In this document: in pieces, positions 36,424 to 50,200 of the stretch
Layout: each line of letters opens with the position of its first letter
How positions within the stretch are numbered: the first letter of the stretch is position 1
Assembly (NCBI GenBank): GCA_039621445.1
Contig: CP154954.1
Span: 6,111,693 to 6,175,692, forward strand
Direction: 5' to 3'
Length of the DNA stretch: 64,000 bases
From: Euglena gracilis
Taxonomy: Eukaryota
Translations under genes and position numbers: made by a program
Notes under the pieces: model-generated
Seen by the model: only the letters and a program-made list of their open reading frames with translations
Databases searched by the model: none
Told to the model about the DNA's origin: nothing

Positions 36424-39400
36424 ATGGGCGTCATATGGGTGTCATATGCTATGAACCATAAAGCATTCTGAGCATGAGAAAAACAGTGTTGACATGGGGG
36501 TTATGGACAAGCCATGTCAAGGGCAGGGGGCATGGTGCCCACCCACCGCACGAGCTGGATCTGGAAAGCTGGAGGCTGAGGGTTTTTAGGAGGGATCGGC
36601 CGACAGGGCTAAAACGTTAAAAAAGTGTCCCCGAATGGCGGGAGCGCCGAACATATTTGAAGCTTAGTGCACCCCGTTGTGAGGTTGACGGCCGAGCTGG
36701 GTGCAGTGGGTCCGCCCCTTTGATGACGTCGGTGTTGTGCACTTCGCTCAGCCCATAGTCCAGCAGGATCTCTGGAGGAGGAGAGGAAAAAGATGGTGCG
36801 TGTGTAATAAGAATGAGCAGAGCTTCAGGTCAATCCCAAACACAGACACACCCATCCTCACGTTAGCCATTCCCCAAAACAAACAAACGTTCAAGGCATA
36901 CCTACAAAAAAACAATGACAGGTGATACTGGTGACAATTTATTCTAACCAAAATGCATGCTCAACTTCTCAATGGGAAATTGATCAAAAAACAGAAAACA
37001 AACACAAAGAAAACACTAAAGCAACACTCATAACACACCACAGGACACAGCGACTCGTCTGGAAACACCCACAATGCACACCCTGCCGGTAGCCCAGGCC
37101 CTCACTCACATACACCGCCGTCTCCACGCAGCGGAGGAATGGGGAGGTCACCACCACGCCGATGTCGGCAGACCGCAGCACACGGCCCGCCGCCAGCGCC
37201 GCCTCGCGCCCCGCGATAGTAAGAGGCACAAACACCGCCCTTCTGACCTCGTCTTGCGATACCCCCCCCCCCGACACTGTCTCCAGACAAATCAGCGAGG
37301 ACAGAGGATGTCAATGACTGGCAGCGGCCGACCACGGATCCAACCACGGATATTAACCCCCCCCCAAATATAAAAAACCCCCGGTTTTAAATTTTGGCGG
37401 AAATTTCAAGACCCCGAGGGAGGGTTTTATATTTGGGGGGGGTTTATATTCGGTCGGAAAATCAACTTCCCGGCGGGCTCCGGTGGTCACTTTTTTGGTC
37501 CAAAATCACAAATACGCCCACCCTTGGGGGTCCAAAAACTTCATTTTTCGGGCGAAGGAGCAATTTTGACATGTTTTTGGTAAAAATTGTTCCCAAATCT
37601 GCCAAAAATCACAATTTCGGGAGAGAATTGTCGAACATTTTTCCTTCCGGCGCTTCGCGCCGGAGGGGGGGGGTTATATTTGGGCGGGATTTCAAGGTCC
37701 TCAGGGGGGGTTTTATATTTGGGGGGGTTTTGTATTTGGGGGGGGGTTTATATTTGGGGGGGTTTACATTAAATTTCATTTGATTAATATTTGGTTGAAG
37801 CCGTGGCCATTGGGAGATGCCACTTGGACCTCCCCCCTGGAGATTCTACTTAGCCCCCCCGGGGGGGCCAAATAGAATCTTGCTGCCATGTATATATGTA
37901 TATATAGGGTATATATGTGCTATGTGCTATACATATGTGCGTGTATGTGTGTAAATGTACAAATATATATACATATATATGTATATATATATATCTGTAT
38001 ATATACAAATATATTTATATGTATACATATATATGTATGTACAGATATATAGATATATAGATATATAAGTTGGAAAAGGGGCTGGCTGCCATCCAACCAA
38101 ATGGATGAAGCACCTTGGTTGGCATCGGCCAATGAAGCAGGCTGCAACCTCCCACGACAATTCTTCCCGTATGATACACACTGTGCAACCGCATCGCAAT
38201 GGGGGCGATAGCTCATTCCTGAACAGAGGTTTATTTTTAAGGATCCGGGGGTTCCGGACCCACCAAACCACCCCTTCCCCCTGGGGGGGGGGGCTCGGGG
38301 GGACCCAATTTTGGGGGTAAAATTATAGGCAGCCCGAAACTACTGGGCCCCCCCCCCCGGGGGGAAACAACATGGCCCCCCCCTGGTGTGTTTTTCGTTA
38401 ATGATGGAGTAGGGTTAGGTGCGCGACTTAGGCTTAGGGTTAGGCCTAACTTGGACACCGAACACCCGTCTATAAGTTAGGCCTAACCCTAAGCCTAACT
38501 CGCGCACCTAACCCTATTCCATCATTAACACAAAAGAAACCAGGGGGGGGCCATGTTGTTTCCCCCCGGGGGGGGGGGGCCAGTAGTTTCGGGCTGCCAA
38601 ATTATATTCGGCGCTTCTCACCTACTCAGCCCGACCCCACCCCTCCAAGGTGGGGCTCGGCCAAGACAGCCACCCCCCCAGGGCCACAAAACTTAAAAAA
38701 AATCTCTGTGTATTGGACTCTGTGGTTTGGCAGCAATTGTCTTTTGGCTTGGTGGCACCTTGACAAAAACACTTCGAGTGGTGATGGATCAGTATGCTGG
38801 TTGTGTTGCACACATGTTCGAGATTTGGGGGTGTTGAAAGGCTGCTTCACCCAGAGCCCGATGTCAACCTGTTGAGGGACGATGGCTGGGTCAAATGGAC
38901 GCTCTGCAGAGTCCGTCCAAGCGGGGTTTAGGTCGTCCTGAGAAGATCAATGGCGGTGATGGGCTCTCAAAACAATCCAGAACTATACACTGCGGACTCC
39001 CATTGAATCGCATTGCCGACATTAAGACAAACACAAGTAAACTCCAAAAAGGGGCCACCGATGTGAGCTTGATCATTTTGGTCCAAAAGGTCCACTGCCT
39101 GTGCCGTTATCAGGGTCCGATATAAGGACAGGTGGGGGGGGTGGTCCGGACCCCCCCCCCTGCGGGCCAGGAGGGGGGGGGGGGCCCGGAACGCCCCCCC
39201 CCCCGGGCCGGGAGGGGGGGGGGGGGGGGGGACACCCCCCCCCACCTAAACAGCTGCGCGGTCAGGGTGACCGACGATTTTCAGCCCGGCGCAAAGCGCC
39301 GGGCCGAAAAAAATTGACCCCCCAAAACGACCAAAAGTGCCATTTTGGGCACTTTTTGGGCAAAAATGTGCCAAAAATGGAAAAAATTGACCCTTTTTGG

Positions 39401-39898
39401 GGGGGGTCCCGGGAACCCCCCCGAGGGTCGGTCCGGACCCCTGGCAGGGGGGGGGGGCGGGGGGTCCGGCCCCCCCCTGCGGGCCAGTAGGGGGGGGGGG
39501 GGGTGGGGGGGACACCCCCCCACCTAAACCATGTACGCCCTCCTTATATCAAACCCTGGCAGTTTTTGCGACAGAAAAAAAGACTTCCAGGAGCAAAAAA
39601 AAAAACGGACCCTATGCACAACACAGTCAAAGAAGCAAATGGAAAAACCGTGCCGCCAACACACCTCTCTCCTCCTTACTCGGAGCCCTAGGGAGGACCA
39701 CACCTCCCTCTCCCCGTGGCGCATCAGGTACACATGCTGCTCCACCGCGCGCGGAGGGGCAGCCGCTGGACCCGGGCTGTTCTGGAGATCCCCGACCTCC
39801 GAGTCCGTCTCCTGCTGCCGGGGTGCCTCGCTGCCAGGCTGCCGGACAAAACCCGGGGGGGGGGGGGCTTTCAGTCGGAGAAACACGAAGCGGTTCAT
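31090..39898 (-). CDS. Histidine phosphatase / phosphoglycerate mutase-like protein, multi-exon
   Basis: The catalytic VYLMRHGER motif is at ~39705-39735. It is followed by [11 protein letters not shown]...[17 protein letters not shown] (~37090-37230), [11 protein letters not shown] (~36680-36772), 36184-~36340, [11 protein letters not shown] (~34027-34186), [12 protein letters not shown] (~31670-31747) and [17 protein letters not shown] ending at 31090. The start codon is uncertain. Confidence 0.87.
32649..33903. repeat. Large (TA)n/(TATACA)n field interrupted by a MITE and (CCCTAA)6
   Basis: Seen directly; the telomeric run is at 33806-33841. Confidence 0.95.
33045..33603. mobile_element. 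GGC...GCC MITE inserted in a (TA)n tract, carrying telomere-like repeats
   Basis: GGCAAGGCTAATTTA ... TAAATTAGCCTTGCC. Shares subterminal ACTACTGGG motifs with 38328-38598. Confidence 0.75.
34187..36183 (-). other. Nonconventional intron (CAC/GTG variant) containing nested transposon relics
   Basis: CTC|agaCACGCCCCTG ... CAGGGGTGTGcagcc|ACG. The stem is 10 bp and the join is phase 0. Confidence 0.82.
34308..34694 (+). pseudogene. Tc1-like transposase C-terminus plus right terminal inverted repeat
   Basis: [43 protein letters not shown] (stop 34499) is a typical Tc1 tail. It is followed by TGTCCCACTATTTAGTTCCCCTACTG-TA. Confidence 0.8.
38328..38598. mobile_element. Near-fully palindromic GGC...GCC MITE with a perfect 8-bp TSD
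   Basis: aaattata-GGCAGCCCGAAACTACTGGGCCCC ... GGGGCCCAGTAGTTTCGGGCTGCC-aaattata. Confidence 0.9.
39111..39558. mobile_element. CAGGG...CCCTG MITE, degenerate 8-bp TSD
   Basis: CAGGGTCCGATATAAGGA ... TCCTTATATCAAACCCTG with flanks gccgttat / gcagtttt. Confidence 0.8.
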
Positions 39899-40445
39899 GA
39901 GGATGTGTTCGTGCGTGTGTTAAGGATCAGGCGCCCATTGCTTCTGGTGGGGTGGGGGGGACAGACGAAGCGCCGGGGATGCTGAAAGACTTTCCGGGAA
40001 TATCACTATATAGCCTGATTAGGAAGAAAAATAACGAAAAAAATATTTGAAACACAAGAAAAATGGGGAATAATTTTAGCCAATTGGCACATGGCGCGAA
40101 GTGCCAAAGGAAAAACATTCGGTGTTTTCAGAGGCCTGAAAAATGATGATTTTTTGTGACTCAGGTCGGTCAAGAAGAAACACAAAATAACGAAATAAGA
40201 CCTAGGTTTTGCTTTTTTTGGGTGGGAGTTGACACCCACCAAATGTCATCTGTCAGTCAGTACAGGGATCTCAGGGAGGAAGGTTGTGGGGACCTGACCA
40301 TTTCAGGGTGGGGGGGGGTTCTTGAGCGTGGCAGTTTCCAGTGGTGGGGTTGCCAGATGAGCAGCAGTTATCTTCCAGCCCTGTTCCCTCTGTCGAACCC
40401 TTGTCGAAAACTTGCACTCTTTACTGTCTGGAAGCAGGCAACTAT

Positions 40446-40631
40446 TTAGGATTTTTGTTTACGATCAACGCATGAGCCGGCAAGAGCTACGCCAACACAA
40501 CGGACCCCCGCCGCAGCCTGCCCATAGCTCCGCCGTAACGTGCGGCGCCGCATGCACAGGACGAGGAGCAGCCCGAGGGCGAGCACGACGCCGACCACCA
40601 CGGGGGCCACGACGACGACGGTCAAGTCCAT
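40446..40631 (-). CDS. Single-pass transmembrane coding segment (small gene, or N-terminal anchor exon of the neighbouring phosphatase)
   Basis: GC3-rich MDLTVVVVAPVVVGVVLALGLLLVLCMRRR: a hydrophobic run followed by a basic cluster. Its connection to other exons is unresolved. Confidence 0.45.
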   Translation of the reverse strand: MDLTVVVVAPVVVGVVLALGLLLVLCMRRRTLRRSYGQAAAGVRCVGVALAGSCVDRKQKS

Positions 40632-42243
40632 GCACCGCGGGGGCGGCCCGGCGCGGTGCGGTGAGCAGGCACAAAAAGGGAGGGGCTGCTGGATTCGGGC
40701 AGGTGGAGAAGGGAAGAGAAAGCAGCACTTTGTCCCTCGCGCGGCGCAAAAGCCCAGTGTCAGCGGTTTGTCTCCAGAAATTGCTCTTTACGGCGGTGAA
40801 GGGAATGATAACGGTGATGATCATCACAATGGTTACCTGAATCATTAGGACAAGCACAAAAGCCCGTGCTACCGCACAGGCCCTATTTTACTGACACAGG
40901 GTGGATGCACGGGACGGAGCCGGATCCAAGCGCAGCAGCCCACGGTGTGTTTCGGATGCCAAACCGACCCCTACGCATGGAATCGCGTTGGCATTCGCCG
41001 ACAGCGCGGGCGTAGGCCGTTACATTGCTCCCGTTAGTAGGTGGGTAGACAATAGTAACAACAGTAATAATAATAGTAATAGACAATATAATACAAATGA
41101 GCAAATGGCAGGAAGCAATCATATCAATTTACTTGTTGCACAGTATCCTATTTCAAACCAAATAAAATGTACTTTTTCTGGTTTGTCCACCAAGAAAATA
41201 CACTTCCTCTCGGTGGCTTTGATCAACATATTCCTATGAAGAATATCTATAATCCAGGTTTTGATGTAGGGCCAAATACAAGGAAATTTGTGACCGGGAG
41301 GAGGGGGAGGGCTGAAACCTAGGGGTGTATAATTCAGGGATTATTCGGGGGGAGGGTGCTCACTTGGGCACAATGAAAAGAACAGAAAAAAATCATCCAA
41401 CCCAATCAAAATATACCCAGCCGGAATCCCTTATCACACTCCCCAACATCACACACCCTGCCTCCCTCGCATCAAGCAAAAAAATGAGCAAATATGGTTG
41501 CTGAGCGTTGGTTTGTGCAAAAAAATGACGTTACGCGCGTTTGTGCATACGTCAAGTGCGTGCGTGCATGCACGAGCCTATCTATGTCTATCTACGTATG
41601 TATTATAGCCTATGCATGCATCTACTGGAAGCAGTGGCTGGGGGGTTATGGATACTGGGGAAGAAGTTGCCAGAGACAAGCATGACACCCCACTCCACGA
41701 GTCTGGAGAAGACTCACCAAACACAACCATCACCAGGGGGGGTCAATAGACGCGACACAGAAAAAAAAAACGCAAATTGCTTTTGTATGCAAAATCCTTT
41801 AGGAGGTCCGGGATGCAAAAATTTTCTCCTGGAGAGGACTGAGGTAAATTTGGCCAAAAGTTTGCCAATTTTTGTCATTTCTTGCATTTTGGTCAAATAT
41901 TACATATTTTCATATAAATTGAAAATTTTTCTTTGCAAAAAAATGGAAAAATTTGACAAACTTTTGGGGAAAAAAAGCCAAGAAACAAAAAACAACAACA
42001 AAAAAGCAGACCCCCCCCCCCTGCCATCACCAGCCAAACCCCACGAGGGCGACGTGACGACGTGACGAGGCACCACCACCAAACACCCCAACCACGTCAT
42101 GAACCAACCCACTGCAACCTCAAACTCTGCCAAGGACAACAGCCACAGGAAACATGACGAGGACCAACCCAGCAAGCAAAAGAAATCAGACAGGGGGAAG
42201 GGAATGCAGAGAATAAACTTGCAGCTGATATAAATACACTGGC

Positions 42244-42503
42244 CAGGCTGAAACTGACCAACCCCGAGGGGGAGGGGGTCTCGCAGACCCTGGAGTGCCC
42301 AAGTGGGCCAAAAAGTGCCCCAAAATGGCCCTTTCTGGGCTTTCGGCACCTTCAGCGCTGGAAGTGCCTTGGCCAAGTGCCCAGGCACTTTTGGCCATGT
42401 GCCCTACCCTGCCACTGGGTCGGATCTGGGTGCCTTGAAGTGCCTGCCCAGGAGCCCACCCCCCCCCCAGGGTGCGGTCGGCACTGCCTTGAAATTCAGC
42501 CTG
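42244..42503. mobile_element. CAGGCTG...CAGCCTG MITE, perfect 8-bp TSD
   Basis: acactggc-CAGGCTGAA ... TTCAGCCTG-acactggc. Confidence 0.9.
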
Positions 42504-44263
42504 ACACTGGCACAAAGCCACCTGGAGGCGCCATCCAGGGCAGGCCCTGAAAACCTTCTGCTGGATAACCGGAACCAAGACAATGGAGAGAAGAAGACAA
42601 GCCAAAACAGGGATTTTTCAGGGTTTCGAGAAGTAAACCGCCGGGCCAGTTTGTTGGGGGCCACAGGTAAAAGGGACGTATATCACTTCCAGCAAAGCAG
42701 AGAACCAAGGAAGGGGGACGAAGGCTGTACATAGGCAACTTAAAGGTTGCAATGCAAAGAAATTAAAGAAAAAAACTGCACAAAAATTTGAAACGAAAAC
42801 CATCAAAAAAAGGTCACACACCGGAGAACTGATGTTTTTTATTTGCTCAATCCCCCCCTGAATGGAAGCCGCCACCAGAATGGTATCCCCCCCCCAAAAA
42901 ACCCTCCCCCTTCAGATTTTGACCATTGGCCCGAATGGAAGCCCCCCCCCCCCACACAGACAGTGTACAAGGGAAGGGGAAAAAACACACCCTAAAAAGA
43001 AGCCCCCCCTCTCGTTTTTCGACCAATGGTCCCAATGGAAGCCCGGGGGGGCTTCTATTCAGGGGGGGTTTATTCTTTACATTATGTGGGCTTTGGGTCT
43101 CTCTCATTTTTGCATCTTCTTTGCGTTGTTTATTTTTGTGCTGACTTAAGCACCCAGGGGCTGCCTGCTGGGCAGAAGACACACAGGGAAATATTTTAAC
43201 ACAAAAAGGAAATAAAACACAATGTTGGTTGGACCCCCCCCCTTCGCCCAACGACCAGCAGAAAAAAAAAAACGTTCAAAACATGCCTGCTGACTGGCCT
43301 GTTGACTCCGGCCAGGGAGGGGGGTCGTTAGACATGGGGAGGTCCTTAAACACAGACGGATACAAAGCTTCTTGCTTCTGAGCTTCCACTTGATTTCTTC
43401 TAGGTCATCTTAGGTCAAAAAAAGTTGGAAACCACACTTTTCAGAGGGTGTGTAAAAGAACCAAGAATGCTTGGAATAACAGCATTCAAATACAAGATTT
43501 GTCCTGCTGACGCAGGAAAACAATACATGGTCACAAGGTCAATTAAATGAGCTCCAAACTAGAGAACTGCCCACCGACCCCACGGTGCCCCAAACAGGAA
43601 TTATTTGTTGGGGACGTTTGTACAAACCCTGAAAGTTCAGCAACTGGTCTGGGTGAGGATACCGTCGAGACCCCGTAATGGGAAACGTTGGTACCCGAAA
43701 AGTCCAAAATTCTTACTGCAGAAAACAATCCCTGTTGTTGATGGGACTGGGCAGGGTTGGCATACAAGCCTGGCGAGTGGCTTGCGGAGTCTGCGAATAA
43801 GCCAAAGGAGGCACGGCGGGCCTCGCTCACTGCAGTCAGACAGGGCAGCAGTGGGTGGGTCGGTGGGGGGTGGGGGGTCCTGCGGCGGACGAGGTGCCGA
43901 GGCGGGATCTGCGCAAGGCGCAAGCCCCTCTGCCTGACCTCCTCGTCCCTGGGGCCGCGGACATGCACAAAGGTAGAGGCGGGGGGCGGGCGAGGGGGAG
44001 GGGAAGGCGAATACACAGGGCACGCTGCAGGGCACGCATGACACAACGGCCTCAGGGCTCCCCCTCCGGCAAGCCGTCCTCAAAGCCTGCTTGGGGGAAG
44101 GTGAGTGGTCAGGGGCTTGTGGAGCGACGGCGCGCCTTCCATTCTCCGGAGCACAGGGGCAGGCCTTTCTGCCAAAAAAAAATGCAGAGAATCACCCCCC
44201 CCCCCCCCCCGCTGTGTGGCCAGGAAACTCGACACGCACCGCCAGGCGAGGACCGGCCTGCGG

Positions 44264-47200
44264 CAGGGTGGTGGTCAGGCAGAACTCGGTGTCCCGCGTC
44301 ACGGCGGCGTCCGACTGGCTGAACGGCGTGGCGTACGCCTTCCGCAGCTGCGGCCAGGCCCGTGAGTTTGCCCGGAACCGAGGGCCGCGGGGCTGTTCAA
44401 CGTGGGCGTCCGTTGAGGAATCTCAACGTCGAAACCAAATTCCAAAAAAGGTTGTCCCCTTCGCAAGGCTGCTGCTTCCCCAATCCCGGCCTGGGTGCTG
44501 CATCTCGTCCACGGTGTGCTCTGCTTCATACGCTGCCGATGGCAGAGGCGGGTCTGGCGCGATTGGGAGTCCCCTTCGGGACATGGAGGTGATGTTGAAT
44601 ATTGGGGGACTTGCACATACTGTATGATGCCACGCCACTTACCACATTTCCCCACTCATAAGATGAAACACCACAAACAATGTAGCCACCCTGGCATTCC
44701 CAACTCCGAGAGCACACATAAATCAACACAGATCAACACTGCTGCCCCAGTGTTGTAAGCCCCAGACCGAACCCTGAACATGAGGTTGGCCCGCTCCAGG
44801 TACCAGCGCTTCTCTGCCTGCTCCTGCACTGCGGAATAAGTGTTGCCCATCATGGCGATGAGCAGGTTGAGCAACAGGATGACTACCAATATGATGTACG
44901 GCGGCAGGGTGCTGACGGTGTTGGTACGGTAGATAAACCAGCCAAAAAAAAAAATCAAATTTGGTGCCCTGCACCATTTGCTTTCATAACACTGATGGCC
45001 ATTGCAGTACACACATCATTCCTTTCTTGGCTGCCCTCAACTCTTGGCAGCCCACTAGTTTTTGAAATATGCAGTGGGCAGTCGTGCTTGCGGGAGGGAA
45101 ATTCCTTGGTGCTTGAAATTAAGTCTGGAATAATTTAATGAGAGATTAAGAGTACTTGGGACGAAGAAAAGATGCTTGGATGGTGCGCTCATACAAAGAG
45201 AAAAAAATAAAAAACTGGCGATTTGCGCAGAATGATACAATTTCACTTCATGTGGGAGGTCCACAATTAAATCGAAGGAATAGAGAAAGAGAGGAATAGA
45301 GATGCAAATAACAGCAACATCTTGCTTCTTCAAACTCAAAAATATGATATTTTCTCTTTTAGAAATGGCAGCCTCAACTTGCCCCGGGGGGGGGGGGCGA
45401 GTAGAAGCTCCAGGGGGGGGGGGGGTGTGTGGCGGCCCCTAGGTCACACAATTGGGGATGCTGCTCGGGATAGGGCATACATTACACCCAGATTGATGTC
45501 TTTTTTTTGCAAGAAGTGTGGTACTGTTGTGTGTATTCATGTTGGTGAGTATACTTAAATGTGCAAAATGCAGCGATGCCTTCCTGGCAGCTGGTGGCCT
45601 GCTATTATAAGCATCAGTTCTGGGAGATGCCTGTCTTCCAGGCACCACAATTTATAACAATGAACATTCTACTGCTTATCAATAACAGATGTCTGAAAAA
45701 TGTTCCAGCAAATATCTCGTGGTTATGGGTCTATTCAAATTCGGAATGGGTTGGGGTTAGGATTGGGCGCACCAAAAATTGGGCACCAGAGTTAAGCGGA
45801 AATTAGGCCCCCGATTGGAGAAGATTGAGCCGTGTTTGGGCAAATTGCGGGCATTCTTGCAAATTGCAGGCATTCTTCCTGAATTCCTAAAAGTTGGGTT
45901 TTCCGTCAATGTGTCCCCCCTTGCCCAGTCACCAATCTTGCCTCAGCAGCACCCCCTGGATCTCACGCAACTTTTCACTGGTCATCTTCCTGGCAGTAAC
46001 CTTCCACGTGGCCCCCTTGGGGGTGGGGGCAAATAGAAACCCAGTCTGACCGTCCATGGTCCCGTGCGTCCCGGAAATCCCAAGGGATCCGGGGCAACCG
46101 TCGTCCTATTCAGAGGGGGGGGGGTGTGCTGGACGGCCCTCGGAAAAAATGCGCAAAAATGCGCAAAAAACCGCACAAAAAATGAGCTGAGTTTGTGACA
46201 TTCCCAAGGGAAAAAGTATTTGGAAAAAAATTTAACAATAAGCCCAAAATTAAACCAAAATCACCAAAAACAGCTGAAATGAAGGCATTTTGGCCAAAAA
46301 AAAAATGCACGAGCACGGCGTCACTCTCTGTTCACCATAACCAACAATGTCAGCCATGGTGCCCCTTATTTGCGACCAGGGGAGTGGGATTCGATGTGGG
46401 GTCTCTGAAAACCCGAGTGTCCTCATCATCATTGGATGAGTACCCACACCTCATCAAGGTTTCTTTCTTGAGTGTCCCTTGGGTGAAAAAAAAGTGCGTA
46501 AATGGGTTCGTTATTTATAGAAATGGGTTAGTTGGACGTGGGCAAAATTCGGTGAGCATGTGGTTTGATTGATGTTGAAGAACGGTGTTGAAGAACACCA
46601 ATGTCAAGTTTGTTTTGACATGTGGACAATGTGGACAACATGGACAATACGGACAAAATGCCTCCAAAAAAGTGTAAAAAAAAAGTGGGAAAATGGAAAA
46701 AATGTGCAAAAAATGCGCAAAAATGCGCATTTTGAAAAAATTGACGAAAATGCGCAAAAAATGTGCAAAAATGCGCAAAAATTTTCAGTGCATTCCCCCC
46801 CCCTCTGTCCTATTTGGGGAGGATTTGCGCTTATTGTTCTGGGGTGCAAAAGTGTTTCCTGTATGGGCTGGAGGTGCATACTTAATGGTTGGGCGTATAC
46901 AAAAAATGTTGTTGTTTTTGGGGAAAAAAACCAGCAGCGGACACCTGCTCGAGATGACGAGCAGGTTGATGAGGAGCATGCGGCCCCCGCTGAACCGCTC
47001 GCTGTAGGTCTCGAAGGGGAAATCGCCCACCAGCCCCAACAGCACAAACTGCCATTGGCAAGGGTGGGGCAGAGGGAGTGGGATTGGCAAGGGTGTGGGA
47101 GGCAAAACGATCTGCCCTTCTTTGCGTTGCCGAAAACGCGGACTTAGTTCTGCAGCTGGCATGCTGGCTCAAAGGTTTGCCCCGGCAAGAGATGGTGACT

Positions 47201-50200
47201 TCATTCCAGGCAGTCCCTTTTCTGAGAACTTCTTTTGACCTCTATTGAAAAAATATCACCATTGCACCAGGTATACGAGTCTCCTTAATAAACACATGGG
47301 CAAAAAGATGAGTTCCCCCAAAAAAGGGTGATAGCTACAAATCAACTTCAAACTAAGTCCCCAACAATAGCTAAACCATGTCAAACCATGCAGAAATCTC
47401 CGAGAAGGGGGGTGGGGTCGTTGGACATTGGGACATTGGGAGGCCCACCGCTGGGCAGAGGTGTTCCACGAAAGAATCCACGCCGCAGTGCTCTGTGTCG
47501 GCCGTCAGCATGTAGAGAGACATCGTGAAGCCGAGCAGCACCGTGAGGTTGACGCAGAGGAACACCTTCACGTCGCCGCCTGGCCCGGGGGGGGGGGGGG
47601 GGGGCCGCCGCCGGGAATGCAACCACCGGGGTCAACCCCTGCCCGGAGGCAGTGGTGGCGGTGAGCAGGCAGCACGAGGCGGGTCACCACTCAAACGTGC
47701 AATTAGAATGGTCACCCCTGCCAGTTGATGGAATGAGAAGAAACCTTGTGTGAATTTTGCGGGGAAATATCCCGAAATATGGTCCCTACGTGGCCGCAAA
47801 GCGTTGGGAACTAAAAACAACCTTTGGCAGACGTTTTAGGGCAATCTGAATAATTTCTGCACCACCTCGAGAAATGGGTGGGCAGCTGCCACCACACAAC
47901 TTCCTGGCGCCGTGAACTCGAGCACAAAGGGGTGCCCGGGTGGGCAGGCACCGAGCAGGATAAAAGAAAAACTGTCCAGGGTTGCTTCTGTTCTCCGAAC
48001 CTGTGCTAAGTTTACAGGAAACCGTGAACGTTCATTTCATCAAGTCGCAACGTGGGGTCGACCCACCACCCACCGACCCACCCACCCACCCAAAAACCAA
48101 AAAAAAAAAAAAACATTTCAAAAACTCCCCCCCTCCCCCCCCCTCTTTGGAGAGTCCTGCCAGTATTTGGTGAATATATCGTTTCAACATCTCCCTGGTC
48201 ATTGGCCTGGGATGTGTTGGCCCTACCAGGCCAGGGGCAAACTTTGTTGGGGGGGATTGACTCCTTCTGGAAACTGGAAAGCGAGGGGAAAGGCAATGAG
48301 CCGAGGGGCACTTGCACTGGCGCACTGAACAGAAACAACCACTGCTCGGCCAATTGTCTCTGCCATTGATACAATGCTGTCCCTATTTCCGTGCAAACAG
48401 AGCATAGACCTTCAAATGGTTCTTTTCCCGTTTCCTTGACATAAATATACCGGATGAAGCAGATGAACTTCCTCGGTATACGATCACAGTCATGAATCAA
48501 ATCGATTGCATCTGCAGTGGCTCCCCAAATGCCGTTCGCCCCCCCCCCCCTTATGTCCAACCACCAGTGATCTCTGTCCTCCGACCGAGGGGGGGGGGTG
48601 GTCGTTGTACATAGGGTTCTGACCAAAACGGTGTCCTCCGACTGGGTCGTTAGACACAGAGGGTGGTTGGACACAGAAGGGGGTGTGGAAAACAACACCT
48701 GAAAACCCCCAAGGACATCCAGGCCAGCCCGTACTGCAGCATCTCCTTGATCATGATGACAAAGGGCCCCGTGGACCGAAAGCCAAGCAATGACAGACCT
48801 GTCTCAAGCACTTGTTTTGCTGGAATATGATGCTGGGTATGGATGTGCATCCTAGAGGTAAAAATGCTTCTGTTTCGAACTTGATTTAGGAGAAAAATAT
48901 TCACGAAATTGAGCGACCATTGCTTTCCGCAATACAAAATATCAGAGCAATGAGAGCAACAAGGACAAAAAAAGGTCAATGCAAGCAACAAAAATCGACC
49001 AACTGATATGATTTTTTTTCAGGCATATATTTCTCATTTGGCAGAAGACAAAATGCTGAGTCCACTTGACTGCATGCACTTGTGTGCAATTTCAGAAAGA
49101 GGAAACCAGCCCTGTGCAGGAAGAAGAACACATGCAGCCAACCTGTGAGGGCGGCGAAGGAGGCCGCCACGTCCACTAGCACAGGCAGATCTGCGAGTCG
49201 AGCACAGAGGGCCGACGGCAGTAGAGTCTATTTTGTGTGGAAGCAGCGTAGAAGCCATTTTGGCCAAAAAAATAATGACATTTGCCTGGGGACACACACA
49301 CACACACACACACACACAGAGAGAGAGAGTGAGAGAGAGAGAGAGAGAGAGTGAGAGACATGAACACGCGCGCGCACACACATGCATGCACACGTGCACA
49401 AGCACCCACACACACATAGGTGGATCAATAACTTGTGCAGGCGGCATGGGGCCTTGGTTGGGCATCGCTCATTTCCCCAACCTCCTTGTCTCTCTAAGCC
49501 CCCCCGTATTTTACCAATCTTTTCAAAGGTCATCTTCCCGGGAAGCACTTCAGGTGAATTGTCATGCCAGGAAACAAAAGGTACAATAAAAATTGGCGGT
49601 ATTTGAAATGCTAAATTAGATGTTCAGTATACATGAATGTCGTATTTGTAGCAATGGAAACAATAACATGGAACCCTGCCAACAATAAAAACATGGAACC
49701 CTGCCCCACACACACTCACCATCCATTTCATTGCGAGGTTCACAACAATGCAGCGCCTCTGACCGGAGGGCCACGGAGGACAGGAACAAGAAACAAAACA
49801 CATTGCCCAGCGTCGCCTCGACGGCCGCCGCCCCATGCGCCTCATAGACTGGGAGGGGTGCGCATGGGGAGGGGGCAAGGACAACCAAGAGTGCCAAACA
49901 GAAAAATATATGATAGCGTAAGTATAAATGATGACAAAACCACAAGAGGAGCACAGACGGACATGGCAGTGACACACACCATTTCCCCTATGTACAGTAG
50001 GGAAACGAAATTGTGGGACAGCTGAGAATTTTGTGGGTCATACCCAACCCCCAGCTCCAAAACCTCTGCCAGCCCATGGGATGTGGTGATGGTGTGTGCA
50101 CACTGGCATGGCCCTGCCCCACGCAGCAGTGCCCCAGCCAGCTCTGCTGCAGCACGCTGTGCAAAAGTCAGGCCAACCCTATGCGAGCAGGTCGTTTCCA

